Source: Bacteroidota bacterium (GTDB lineage Bacteria > Bacteroidota > Bacteroidia > Flavobacteriales > Schleiferiaceae). From it: a stretch of DNA of 37,366 nucleotides. Where the stretch lies: positions 1 through 37,366 of the forward strand of contig JBEEMM010000001.1 in the NCBI GenBank assembly GCA_041192685.1, read 5' to 3'. A program made the position numbers and the translations under genes. Numbering within the stretch: position 1 is the first letter of the stretch; each line of letters opens with the position of its first letter. The notes beneath the pieces are model-generated. The model was not told the origin of the DNA. It worked only from the letters and a program-made list of their open reading frames with translations, and made no database searches. This document shows, in pieces, positions 1 through 8,107 of this stretch.

Positions 1-488
1 GTAATAATGGCGAACGAAAACAGTTCGCGCTGGCTGTCTGGATCCATCCAAGAATCCCATATTCCAGCCATGGCAAACGGACGGTTTTTGCCCTGGAGGT
101 AGACCAAGTAGGGTTCGCTGAGCTTGCGGTCAAACGGACCTTCAATAAAGGCATCGGCCAAGACCAAGCAACGCTGACTCCGTATAGCCTTGCGAAAACT
201 CGGCTTCTGAATGATGCCCTTGGCCCCATTATAGCGCGGATCGTTGTCGGGATTATGATCGCCCTCCGCTCGGGCATTGATGAACATCATCTTCGAGGTG
301 GCCCAAGAGGGGCGAAATCCAAACTGATAGAATTGGATCTGTTTTGGTGCATCACTGGTAATCACCGGCGTCGCGCTGCCTGGAGCAATGTTGGCATTTG
401 CGCGCCATAGCTCCGGCTGAATCGCTTCGGCTCCAAAGCGCTTTTGGAGCACCTCGAGCTTGGATACCTGAACATAGCGACCGCACAT
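1..488 (-). CDS. SOS response-associated peptidase (SRAP/YedK family), 5' part only; gene runs off the window start
   Basis: Hand translation of the minus strand from ATG at 488 gives MCGRYVQVSKLEVLQKRFGAEAIQPELWRANANIAPGSATPVITSD...FINARAEGDHN...LVLADAFIEGP. The Met-Cys2 nucleophile start and NARAE motif are SRAP hallmarks. It is absent from the supplied ORF track because the window edge truncates it. Confidence 0.85.
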   Translation of the reverse strand, partial: MCGRYVQVSKLEVLQKRFGAEAIQPELWRANANIAPGSATPVITSDAPKQIQFYQFGFRPSWATSKMMFINARAEGDHNPDNDPRYNGAKGIIQKPSFRKAIRSQRCLVLADAFIEGPFDRKLSEPYLVYLQGKNRPFAMAGIWDSWMDPDSQRELFSFAII

Positions 489-579
489 AATTAATTGATT
501 CTTTGATTTAATTTATTGTTATTAAAACACTGGTTATATAGTACTTATAATTCTATATAGTTAAAACCTATCGCCCCTT

Positions 580-1791
580 TTACTGCTTTCTATTGGCCAA
601 AAGTGGTGGCGGATCCCCACTGAAAGGGTTGGGTCTCCCTATGGTTTGCGCAGCCATCCCAAAGGCCCTAACGACAGACCGGTCTCCGTAGCGAATCCGA
701 ATTCGATCCATTGCCTCACTCAATCGATAACCCCGGTCGTCCAGCTCAAAGAGGCCAAACTGCTCCCCTCCTCCTACCAGTCCGCTAAATCGAATTCCGA
801 TTAGGCGAACCCTCTGGCGCCGATCGTGAAGCTGCCGAAAAAGACTTTCGCCAACCTCTAAAAGCACATGGTCCGCAGCAGTGTATGGGATTTGACGCTG
901 CCGCGAAACCGTTTGAAAGTCAGAATAGCGAATTCTCACCGAAACATTGCTCGTGAGCCGATGGCCGCGCCGTAGCTGAAAGGCGAGGTTCTCGGTCATT
1001 GCCGCAAGCATGCCCTTGAGCTTAACCTCATCGAGCGTATCCTGCTCAAAAGTTCGCTCGGTCGAAATCGACTTGCGCTCATGATAGGGCCTGACGGGGC
1101 GGTCATCTACTCCCTGGGCCTTGCTCCAGAGGTCTAAGCCGGGTTTGCCAAGAACCTGATAGAGTAGTTCTGAGGGCATCTCTTGGAGCGTTGCAATGCG
1201 CTGAACACCTAAGGCGCGAAGAGACTGGTAGGTCTTCTCCCCCACCATGGGAATTTTACGCACCGAGAGTGGAGCCATAAACAGCCGCTCAATACCTCGG
1301 GGTACGTGGCGATGGTTGTTTGGCTTGGCTTCTCCCGTAGCCACCTTGGCAACGGTCTTGCTGGTAGACAGGCCAAAGGAAATCGGGAGTCCCGACTCGC
1401 GAATTACTCGATCGCGCAAGTCCTGAGCAAACTGATAGGTTCCAAAAAATCGGTCCATGCCGCTTAAGTCTGCATAGAATTCGTCGATGGATGCCTTTTC
1501 AAGCACAGGGACCGCCTCGCTCACAATCTCGGTCACCACCTTGGAGTGCTTGGTGTACTCCATGGAGTTGCCTCGAACAACCACCGCCTCGGGACATAAT
1601 TCGCGTGCCATGCGCATAGGCATCCCTGAACGTACGCCCGTCTGGCGAGCCTCGTAGCTGCAGGCCGCAACCACGCCTCGATCGCTTACTCCACCCACGA
1701 GCACGGGAATTCCGTGCAGCCTGCTGTCCATAAGTCGCTCAACAGATACAAAAAAGCTGTCAAGATCCATGTGGAGTACGGTTCGATCCAT
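580..1791 (-). CDS. dinB: Y-family DNA polymerase IV (DinB)
   Basis: 403-aa ORF with HMDLDSFFVSVE and SIDEFYADL catalytic acidic motifs and the overall Pol IV layout. ATG start lies 6 nt downstream of the S24 repressor stop. Confidence 0.93.
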   Translation of the reverse strand: MDRTVLHMDLDSFFVSVERLMDSRLHGIPVLVGGVSDRGVVAACSYEARQTGVRSGMPMRMARELCPEAVVVRGNSMEYTKHSKVVTEIVSEAVPVLEKASIDEFYADLSGMDRFFGTYQFAQDLRDRVIRESGLPISFGLSTSKTVAKVATGEAKPNNHRHVPRGIERLFMAPLSVRKIPMVGEKTYQSLRALGVQRIATLQEMPSELLYQVLGKPGLDLWSKAQGVDDRPVRPYHERKSISTERTFEQDTLDEVKLKGMLAAMTENLAFQLRRGHRLTSNVSVRIRYSDFQTVSRQRQIPYTAADHVLLEVGESLFRQLHDRRQRVRLIGIRFSGLVGGGEQFGLFELDDRGYRLSEAMDRIRIRYGDRSVVRAFGMAAQTIGRPNPFSGDPPPLLANRKQ

Positions 1792-1797
1792 GAATCC

Positions 1798-2577
1798 TTA
1801 GGCCACATGCTGGTTCAGCGAGCGACGAAGTTCGTGTACTTCACTTTGAAGGTTTTCTAGTCGGGCGAGAATTACCTGATCCATATTGGGCTTGGTTGTC
1901 AGATCAAGCTGAATAAAGCCTTGAACCTTCCACACCTCAATGAGCTCGTCAACGTGCACGGAATAGGGCTTGTATACGGGGTTGTCGGACACTAAGTCCA
2001 GGCAGCCAGCCTCGGCAATGCGGTTGATGGCGCGCTTAAAGACCACACCCTGCTCTTGAGTCAAAAAAACATAGAGTTCATTGGTCTTAATGCTTCGCCA
2101 GTCTTGAACATAGCTCGAAATCACATAGGAACCTGACATAATGGGAAGCATACTGTCTCCTTGAATTTGAAAAACCCGTCGTGTTTCTTCGTGCGCAAAC
2201 TCGGGAAGGGGGAGCGCAAACTGGGGTAGGGCTTCGATAAAATCTAGATCGCCATAGCCTCCCAGATAGCCCGCTGCCGCTTTGACCGGAACCACAGAAA
2301 CTCGCTCACTCCCCTCGCGAGAGTCCACTGCTACCGTAAGCACGCGAAGCTTTTGACCCGACAGTTCTTTAGTAGTCCGCGCGTCACCCGACACCAATGC
2401 GTCAATAGTACAGGCAAACAACTGAGCCATGGCCTTGAGGCTGTCGAGCTTCGGCTCCGCCCTCCCCTCTTCGTAGGAGCCCACTTGGGCACGATTTAGC
2501 CCCAGTCGCTCTGCGAGCTGAGCTTGAGTCCATCCTTTGGTTTTGCGATGGTTCTTGATTTGTTCTGCTAGTGCCAT
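1798..2577 (-). CDS. LexA/CI-like self-cleaving repressor: XRE-type HTH plus peptidase S24 domain
   Basis: 259 aa. N-terminal XRE HTH (KGWTQAQLAERLGLNRAQVGSYEEGR), Ala-Gly cleavage-site-like VKAAAGY, and the S24 catalytic Ser in GDSM and Lys in VFKR. Confidence 0.88.
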   Translation of the reverse strand: MALAEQIKNHRKTKGWTQAQLAERLGLNRAQVGSYEEGRAEPKLDSLKAMAQLFACTIDALVSGDARTTKELSGQKLRVLTVAVDSREGSERVSVVPVKAAAGYLGGYGDLDFIEALPQFALPLPEFAHEETRRVFQIQGDSMLPIMSGSYVISSYVQDWRSIKTNELYVFLTQEQGVVFKRAINRIAEAGCLDLVSDNPVYKPYSVHVDELIEVWKVQGFIQLDLTTKPNMDQVILARLENLQSEVHELRRSLNQHVA

Positions 2578-2582
2578 GTTCT

Positions 2583-2590
2583 TAAAATTA
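2583..2590 (-). promoter_or_regulatory. -7 promoter-box variant TAATTTTA, 5 nt upstream of the repressor ATG
   Basis: Minus strand reads TAATTTTA-agaac-ATG. It matches Bacteroidota TAnnTTTG except for the last base. Confidence 0.35.
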
Positions 2591-2632
2591 GTATGCTAAT
2601 ATAGTTAGTAATTTTAATTTATTCAAATTTTT

Positions 2633-3865
2633 TTAGATGGGTGCCCCCGCCATGGCATGGCCCGCAATCCACCCCGTCGTCCAAGCTGCCTGAAAGTTGA
2701 ATCCACCCGTGAGGGCGTCGATGTCCAGTATTTCGCCAGCAAAATAGAGCCCGGGATGTAGGCGGCTTTGCATCGTAGTAAACGAAACTTCCTCGAGAGC
2801 AACTCCGCCAGAGGTAACAAACTCGTCTTTGTTGGTGGATTTTCCGACTACATTGAAGGCGGATTCCGTGAGCACCTCAGCCCACTTGCGCAGCTGGGGT
2901 TTGCTTAAATCAGACCAATTGGCGGCATCAGGAATCCGAGCAAAGGCTGCTAGGGACTGCCACAAACGAAGCGGAATGCCAAAAAGGGCATTGGAACGAA
3001 CGCGCTTGCGCTGGTGGTTGACGTCCTTGCGAAGAGCATTGAGCTCGTCCAGCAACTCTTCGGTACTAAACTGGGGCGTCCAATTGACATAAATAGTGAA
3101 GCGGTGGTCGCAATTGGCCATCCATCGCGCTCCAAATGCACTCATTTTAAGCACCGCTGGGCCACTTAGGCCCCAATGCGTGATGAGCATTGGCCCCTCT
3201 GTTTCGAGTCCGCCAACGGGAACCGTTACGCGCACGTTGGCGAGGGAAACCCCCGATAGGTCTTCTATGCGCGGATCCCTGACGTTAAAGGTAAAAAGCG
3301 AAGGTATTGGCGGCACAATTTGGTGGCCTAATTCGGCGAGCACATCCCAAGTTTTTTTACTGGATCCGGGGGCTAAAAGTACCCGGTCCGCCTCAATAAT
3401 GCGGCCGCTTTCTAGGGCTAAACTCCAGGTGCCGTCGGATTGTGAAACAAGGTTTTTTAGGCCCGAATGCAGCTCGAAACGAACGCCAGCAGACTCCGCC
3501 ATGGAGAGCAAGCAGTCTATAATAGTTTGAGAGTCGTCGGTAACAGGAAAAACTCGCCCGTCTTCTTCGACCTTAAGCGATACGCCGCGATCTTCAAACC
3601 ACTCCATGGTATCGCCACAGGCAAAACGAGAAAAGGGGCCAAGCAATTCCTGCCCGCCCCTTGGGTAATAGTCTGTTAGGTCGCGAGGGTCAAAGCATGC
3701 GTGGGTTACGTTGCATCGCCCTCCTCCTGAAATACGAACTTTTCCGAGGAATTGTGCGGACTTTTCAAGGAGGTAAACTTGAGCCTGAGGATTGGCCTCT
3801 GCTGCTGCAATAGCGGCAAAAAAACCCGCAGCTCCTCCACCAACGACTACTAAACGCTCTGACAT
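2633..3865 (-). CDS. NAD(P)/FAD-dependent oxidoreductase, HI0933/BaiN (aminoacetone-oxidase-like) flavoprotein family
   Basis: MSERLVVVGGGAAGFFAAI dinucleotide-binding motif, C-terminal GEILDIDALTGGFNFQ, and family-like sequence throughout. Start moved from 3928 to ATG 3865, which sits 5 nt after a TACCTTTG box and removes the overlap with the upstream gene. Confidence 0.85.
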   Translation of the reverse strand: MSERLVVVGGGAAGFFAAIAAAEANPQAQVYLLEKSAQFLGKVRISGGGRCNVTHACFDPRDLTDYYPRGGQELLGPFSRFACGDTMEWFEDRGVSLKVEEDGRVFPVTDDSQTIIDCLLSMAESAGVRFELHSGLKNLVSQSDGTWSLALESGRIIEADRVLLAPGSSKKTWDVLAELGHQIVPPIPSLFTFNVRDPRIEDLSGVSLANVRVTVPVGGLETEGPMLITHWGLSGPAVLKMSAFGARWMANCDHRFTIYVNWTPQFSTEELLDELNALRKDVNHQRKRVRSNALFGIPLRLWQSLAAFARIPDAANWSDLSKPQLRKWAEVLTESAFNVVGKSTNKDEFVTSGGVALEEVSFTTMQSRLHPGLYFAGEILDIDALTGGFNFQAAWTTGWIAGHAMAGAPI

Positions 3866-3870
3866 GATGC

Positions 3871-3878
3871 CAAAGGTA
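3871..3878 (-). promoter_or_regulatory. -7 promoter box TACCTTTG, 5 nt upstream of ATG 3865
   Basis: Minus strand reads TACCTTTG-gcatc-ATG, an exact TAnnTTTG match. Confidence 0.55.
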
Positions 3879-3887
3879 GACCGAAGC

Positions 3888-4265
3888 CTACCATTGCGGC
3901 GACAGGTCGGACTTTCGATAGACTTCAATCATGCGGTTTGCCTTCTCAAAGTACTGTATGTCATAAATGCCATAAAGCATCGTACCGTCTTCTCGAAGAT
4001 CGAGTTCGGTAACGGACTTGGTGTTAAAACCATAAATAAGCAGCTCGTCTTTGGCAATTTCGCAGACTCCCGCATCGATTACTCCCGTGAGAATTTCGTA
4101 GTTGCGGCGAAGCTTCTTGTGCGAAGGCCTCATTAACTTAGAATTGGTTACTGCTTGACTGTTGTGAAAGTCATTCCGGCAGTGATCGTCGCAGTACTTC
4201 TTATCTGCTCTTCCAAAAACTGGAAGGCCGCAGTTAATACAAAACCTGTTATCTCTGTGTTGCAT
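3888..4265 (-). CDS. Zinc-ribbon protein of unknown function
   Basis: 125-aa ORF with ATG start. N-terminal CxxC...CxxxC (FCINCG...YCDDHCRNDFHN) suggests a Zn ribbon. No family confidently recognised. Confidence 0.6.
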   Translation of the reverse strand: MQHRDNRFCINCGLPVFGRADKKYCDDHCRNDFHNSQAVTNSKLMRPSHKKLRRNYEILTGVIDAGVCEIAKDELLIYGFNTKSVTELDLREDGTMLYGIYDIQYFEKANRMIEVYRKSDLSPQW

Positions 4266-4448
4266 GGCTAATAGAAATTTTGAGTTAATAATTATAATTA
4301 TTTCGAAAGTATGTCAACATTTGTAAACAAAAAACAAGGTAAACGAGTAATTAACAAGATGTTAATAAATTCCGGAACTTACGTTTATAACCTAATTAAG
4401 TAAACCCACCGGCCGTGCTTTGCCCTGTTTAATCAAAATTTATAAATC

Positions 4449-4811
4449 ATGAAAAATAAAGTTCAGTTAATTGGTTATGTGGGGCAAGACCCCGAATTCC
4501 GCAACTTTGAAAATGAGGTATCGCGCCTTAAATGCTCCATCGCAACCCACGACCGTGTGAAGAATGCGGAGGGGACCTACGAGGACCGAACCACCTGGCA
4601 CAATGTTGTGATGTTTAATAAGCTGGCGTCAAGGGCGAGCAAAATTCTAAAGCGCGGCGACCTCTGCGCCATTGAAGGTTCGCTCTCCTACTACAGCTAT
4701 ACGAATACCGAGCAGCAGTCCGTGAACCGAACCGACGTTGTCGCCCGAGACTTTACCTACTTGGGTAATACCTCTGCAAAGGAGCGCAAGCCGGTCGAAG
4801 AAACGGCATAG
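4449..4811 (+). CDS. ssb: Single-stranded DNA-binding protein (short form, no acidic C-terminal tip)
   Basis: 120 aa. MKNKVQLIGYVGQDPE...TTWHNVVMF...GDLCAIEGSLSY is a typical SSB OB fold. It ends ...KERKPVEETA rather than the D-D-D-I-P-F type tip. Confidence 0.88.
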   Translation: MKNKVQLIGYVGQDPEFRNFENEVSRLKCSIATHDRVKNAEGTYEDRTTWHNVVMFNKLASRASKILKRGDLCAIEGSLSYYSYTNTEQQSVNRTDVVARDFTYLGNTSAKERKPVEETA

Positions 4812-5827
4812 AGCTCTAAAGAGGTCCATGAGTCTTTAGCCTGAATCTCGTCAAACTCCCTTTTCAGTAGGTTAAACGTTTGATACGGAACAGGAGCGCC
4901 ACTGCCTTGCGGAATTGCCTTAGCTATTCCTGAGGAGTGCGACTGACCTTGGACCTCTTCCCACACCTGCCAGTGGCTGCTTTGATTGCCAGACCGAAGC
5001 TCCAAATCAACTCCCCATGACGCATTGAGCGGAAGGTTCTGGTAGTGCGCAATCCCCTCAAGCTGGGGACTCCCTGCTGCGTCAATCCTGCGCAGTACCT
5101 CGCCCAGCCGAAGGGATACCCGTTCTCGAGAATAATCCTCAAGAGCTACGCCAGTCTCGACGGTAACTGTCGGAACCCCCAACTCTTGGGTCCACTCTCC
5201 GAAAGCCGTTGGGTAGTAGGCATCGTCGAACCGAGCATAGCCCCAGTTGGGCTCAAGCTCTTGCATTAGACTACTAATGGTTCCGGCCCAAGCCTGGGCA
5301 GGTTCCGAAAAGGATTCATGGCCTTGATTGATGACACGGGGAGCCAATACACTAAGGCTGCTAGGAATAGCCTGCCCATTCGGGCAAAACAAGCTTCGCT
5401 GGTCGTGAAGGTTTAGGGCCAGCTTAAACGATCGTGAGGCCAATACTGACTTCAGTAGGTCGGATTCGAGCGGACCTTGATCTCGCGCCCTTCGGTTAAG
5501 GTCAATACCCTCGCTGGTGAGGCGAGTAAATGCATCAACACCAGTGGGGTTCACCAAGGGCACAAGGGTCCAATCGCATTGAGGCTGTCCGCAGCGAATC
5601 AAGTGCAGCAGGGCCTCAAAGCCGGTCGGTTCGTTGCCGTGCATCATTGACCAAGCAATCCTAGGCTCCCCTCCTGCTGCATCCGGGTGATTCAAAAGCC
5701 AAAAAGGAGTCCGTTCTGCAGGAGCAATATTATGAAGAACCCAACCGCCAAATGCTGCCGCTTCGGCGAGCAATTGAGAGCGAATGCTAAAGTTTTGGTA
5801 ACGCACAGGTTCAAAAGTAGTGTACAC
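4757..5827 (-). CDS. M14-type zinc carboxypeptidase / succinylglutamate desuccinylase-aspartoacylase-like protein
   Basis: 356 aa with an HGNEPTG zinc-binding motif near residue 63, typical of the AstE/AspA-M14 clan. GTG start. The 3' end overlaps ssb by 55 nt. Confidence 0.7.
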   Translation of the reverse strand: MYTTFEPVRYQNFSIRSQLLAEAAAFGGWVLHNIAPAERTPFWLLNHPDAAGGEPRIAWSMMHGNEPTGFEALLHLIRCGQPQCDWTLVPLVNPTGVDAFTRLTSEGIDLNRRARDQGPLESDLLKSVLASRSFKLALNLHDQRSLFCPNGQAIPSSLSVLAPRVINQGHESFSEPAQAWAGTISSLMQELEPNWGYARFDDAYYPTAFGEWTQELGVPTVTVETGVALEDYSRERVSLRLGEVLRRIDAAGSPQLEGIAHYQNLPLNASWGVDLELRSGNQSSHWQVWEEVQGQSHSSGIAKAIPQGSGAPVPYQTFNLLKREFDEIQAKDSWTSLELYAVSSTGLRSFAEVLPK

Positions 5828-5834
5828 GAGGACC

Positions 5835-5842
5835 TAACTTCG
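5835..5842 (+). promoter_or_regulatory. -7 box variant TAACTTCG, 4 nt upstream of ATG 5847
   Basis: Plus strand reads TAACTTCG-gaat-ATG, one mismatch to TAnnTTTG. Confidence 0.4.
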
Positions 5843-5846
5843 GAAT

Positions 5847-6791
5847 ATGAAAGTACAAGCGTTTATTTTGGCTTTTGCCCTCGCGGACACATCGGTCTAT
5901 GCTCAAGAACTAACCTTTGCGATGGGCAGCTGCGCGGAGTTAAGCGACCACGAAAGCGAGCTAATTTTCACCCAAATTGAGACTAAAAAACCGGATTTTT
6001 TCTTTTGGCTAGGCGACAACACCTACTATACCAACGGGGAATGGAACGACAGCATTCGGATGGTGGAAAACTGGAGGCGGAGGCATGCAAGTCCACCCCT
6101 TGCGCATATGATGCAGAGCACCAGCCAGCGTGCCATTTGGGACGATCACGATTTCGGTCCCAATGATGCAGACAGCACCTATGCGCTTAAGGGGGTTAGC
6201 GCGAAGATCTTTAGTTCTGTTTTTAAGGATACACCCTTTTCTTTGGCTGAATTCGGAGACCTCAGGTGGCAGGAGCGACGGGGATCCGTGCTTATTATTG
6301 GTCTCGATGACCGAACGCACCGTGGTCCAGTGGGCACCCAGGTCCTCGGGATTGGTCAACTCGATTGGGTTTCTGAAGTCCTTAAGGCCCATCACGATGC
6401 TCCCATGGCATTTGTAGCGATTGGATCGCAGGTACTTAACCTATATGAGTCTTTTGAAAATATGGCACGCTACCCCAACGAACGCCTCGAGCTACTCAAG
6501 CGATGCGCCGAATTCCCAGGTCAGGTGGTGTTTTTAACGGGCGACCGGCACCATGGAGAAATTGAAGAGGCAACCTTTGAAGGCAAGCGATTTATTGAAG
6601 TTTGTTCGTCTCCCCTTACCTCCAAGGTCTTTGCACCCAGCAGCCTTGAAGCCTCTACCAATACTACGATACGCGGCAATCCAATAAATCAAAAGCACTT
6701 CACAGTAATCAAGGTTTCTAAGAAGAAACTAGACATTGAATATTTCAGCACTCAAGGCGAAACAATTGTAAACGCTTCCTACGAATTGTAA
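5847..6791 (+). CDS. PhoD-like metallophosphatase (secreted)
   Basis: 314 aa. Signal peptide MKVQAFILAFALADTSVYAQ and metallophosphatase motifs WLGDNTYY, WDDHDFGPND and GDRHHGE. Confidence 0.8.
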   Translation: MKVQAFILAFALADTSVYAQELTFAMGSCAELSDHESELIFTQIETKKPDFFFWLGDNTYYTNGEWNDSIRMVENWRRRHASPPLAHMMQSTSQRAIWDDHDFGPNDADSTYALKGVSAKIFSSVFKDTPFSLAEFGDLRWQERRGSVLIIGLDDRTHRGPVGTQVLGIGQLDWVSEVLKAHHDAPMAFVAIGSQVLNLYESFENMARYPNERLELLKRCAEFPGQVVFLTGDRHHGEIEEATFEGKRFIEVCSSPLTSKVFAPSSLEASTNTTIRGNPINQKHFTVIKVSKKKLDIEYFSTQGETIVNASYEL

Positions 6792-6796
6792 CTTTG
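6789..6796 (+). promoter_or_regulatory. -7 promoter box TAACTTTG, 4 nt upstream of ATG 6801
   Basis: Plus strand reads TAACTTTG-atga-ATG, an exact TAnnTTTG match. It overlaps the phoD-like stop codon. Confidence 0.5.
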
Positions 6797-6800
6797 ATGA

Positions 6801-7169
6801 ATGCAGTGTTTACCCCTAGAGAATTTACGTTTTAAGGAGTGGCTGGATTCTCAAAACCGAAGTGCGAACTCGATTGCTGGCACCCTTGGTGTTTCTCGTG
6901 CGGTCCTTTCGCACATATTAAGTGGTCGAAATAAGCTCAGTCTAAGCGTGGTGCAAAGTGCCGCTAGGCACTACAAAGACTTTGATCTTTATTACGTCGT
7001 GCTGGGCGAGCAGCACAGAAAAATACCGAGCTATGAATCGATTGCGACGCAGTCGCCAGCCTTTGCATCGAAGGTAAATACAACCCTAGCCAAGGCTGCG
7101 AACCACTTTGATCAAGTCGCCCTAGTGCCCAATGGTAGCTTTAGGGTCTTTCTTTCTGAAATGGCCTAA
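6801..7169 (+). CDS. Helix-turn-helix (XRE-like) domain protein
   Basis: 122 aa. SIAGTLGVSRAVLSHILSGRNKLSLSVVQ resembles the short HTH proteins common in Bacteroidota. Confidence 0.6.
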   Translation: MQCLPLENLRFKEWLDSQNRSANSIAGTLGVSRAVLSHILSGRNKLSLSVVQSAARHYKDFDLYYVVLGEQHRKIPSYESIATQSPAFASKVNTTLAKAANHFDQVALVPNGSFRVFLSEMA

Positions 7170-7200
7170 ACCTTTAGTCTAAAATCTGGGTTTCACTCCT

Positions 7201-7656
7201 ATGTACAAAATTGAACGCGAGCAGTTTCTGCCCATATCGAAAGAGGAGGCCTGGAAGTTTTTTTCTTCACCAAAGAATTTGGCCAAAATCACACCTAATA
7301 GTTTGGGCTTTAAAGTTCATGGGGAAGTGCCAGACGAGATGTACCCAGGCTTGTTCATTGAATACACTGTTTCTCCCCTCTTGGGAATTCCCATGACTTG
7401 GGTGACCGAGATTACCCATGTCGCAGAAGGCGAATATTTTGTCGACGAGCAGCGCGTAGGACCCTACGCCATTTGGCATCACGAACACTTCTTTAAGGCT
7501 GTGGAGGGTGGCGTGCTTATGCGCGACGTAGTCCATTATAAGGTTCCATTCGGATTCCTTGGGGCATTGCTGCACCCCATTATTGTTCGCCCCAAGCTCG
7601 AGCAAATTTTCTTGTTCCGTTGGCAGACCAACGAACGCCTTTTTGGCAAGGCTTAA
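7201..7656 (+). CDS. SRPBCC (START/Bet v1-like, polyketide-cyclase-like) family protein
   Basis: 151 aa. Size and sequence (WKFFSSPKNLAKITP...GPYAIWHHEHFF) are typical of the COG4276-type SRPBCC family. Confidence 0.7.
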   Translation: MYKIEREQFLPISKEEAWKFFSSPKNLAKITPNSLGFKVHGEVPDEMYPGLFIEYTVSPLLGIPMTWVTEITHVAEGEYFVDEQRVGPYAIWHHEHFFKAVEGGVLMRDVVHYKVPFGFLGALLHPIIVRPKLEQIFLFRWQTNERLFGKA

Positions 7657-7661
7657 CTTTG
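7654..7661 (+). promoter_or_regulatory. -7 promoter box TAACTTTG, 5 nt upstream of ATG 7667
   Basis: Plus strand reads TAACTTTG-ctgca-ATG, an exact match. It overlaps the stop codon of the SRPBCC gene. Confidence 0.5.
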
Positions 7662-7666
7662 CTGCA

Positions 7667-8107
7667 ATGAACAAGCCCAAAATCACGGTCAACCCCATCG
7701 ACATCGACAAGGTTGCACAAAATCCAGGCTTGCTGCCCTACGCACACAGCGTGAGCTCGCCTCCGATTGTGCCCACCAAAGAAGGAGTTATAAAGCACCA
7801 GTCTTTGGAGGCCATGGCCTACCAGACGGACCAACAAATGGACCTGCTTCGAAAGCAGATGGAGCTTCTTGCCGAGCAGGCCAAGGCAATACAGCGACGC
7901 CGCGAAGTCTCAGAGTGGGTATATTCCGCAAAACTTAGTTTTAAGCCCGTAATTAACCATACCTACCACCTTTACCGCAAGGAGGACAGCACTATGATTC
8001 TCTCGATGCTAAGTCCTGAAGAATGGTCACTCTCCAAAAGAAGCACCATGGAATTCCTCAATTCAATTCGCCTCTTGGCGGACCTTACCTGGGACATTGA
8101 ACGTTGA
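7667..8107 (+). CDS. Conserved hypothetical protein (resembles the DUF2452 family, from memory)
   Basis: Start moved from 7559 to ATG 7667 (MNKPKITVNPIDIDK...), which removes the overlap with the SRPBCC gene and fits the -7 box spacing. Central coiled-coil-like QQMDLLRKQMELLAEQAKAIQ followed by YHLYRKED. Confidence 0.6.
   Translation: MNKPKITVNPIDIDKVAQNPGLLPYAHSVSSPPIVPTKEGVIKHQSLEAMAYQTDQQMDLLRKQMELLAEQAKAIQRRREVSEWVYSAKLSFKPVINHTYHLYRKEDSTMILSMLSPEEWSLSKRSTMEFLNSIRLLADLTWDIER

Noticed and set aside
3866-3928. 5' extension of the flavoprotein ORF (MKSIESPTCRRNGRLRSTFGI).
   Set aside because: It overlaps the Zn-ribbon gene's 3' end. The Rossmann motif begins right after Met22, and a TACCTTTG box sits 5 nt before ATG 3865.
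7559-7666. 5' extension of ORF 7559-8107, overlapping the SRPBCC gene.
   Set aside because: This is out-of-frame read-through of the SRPBCC gene's 3' end. ATG 7667 is preceded by an exact -7 box with N5 spacing. The same logic applies to 11083-11178 and 24104-24256.
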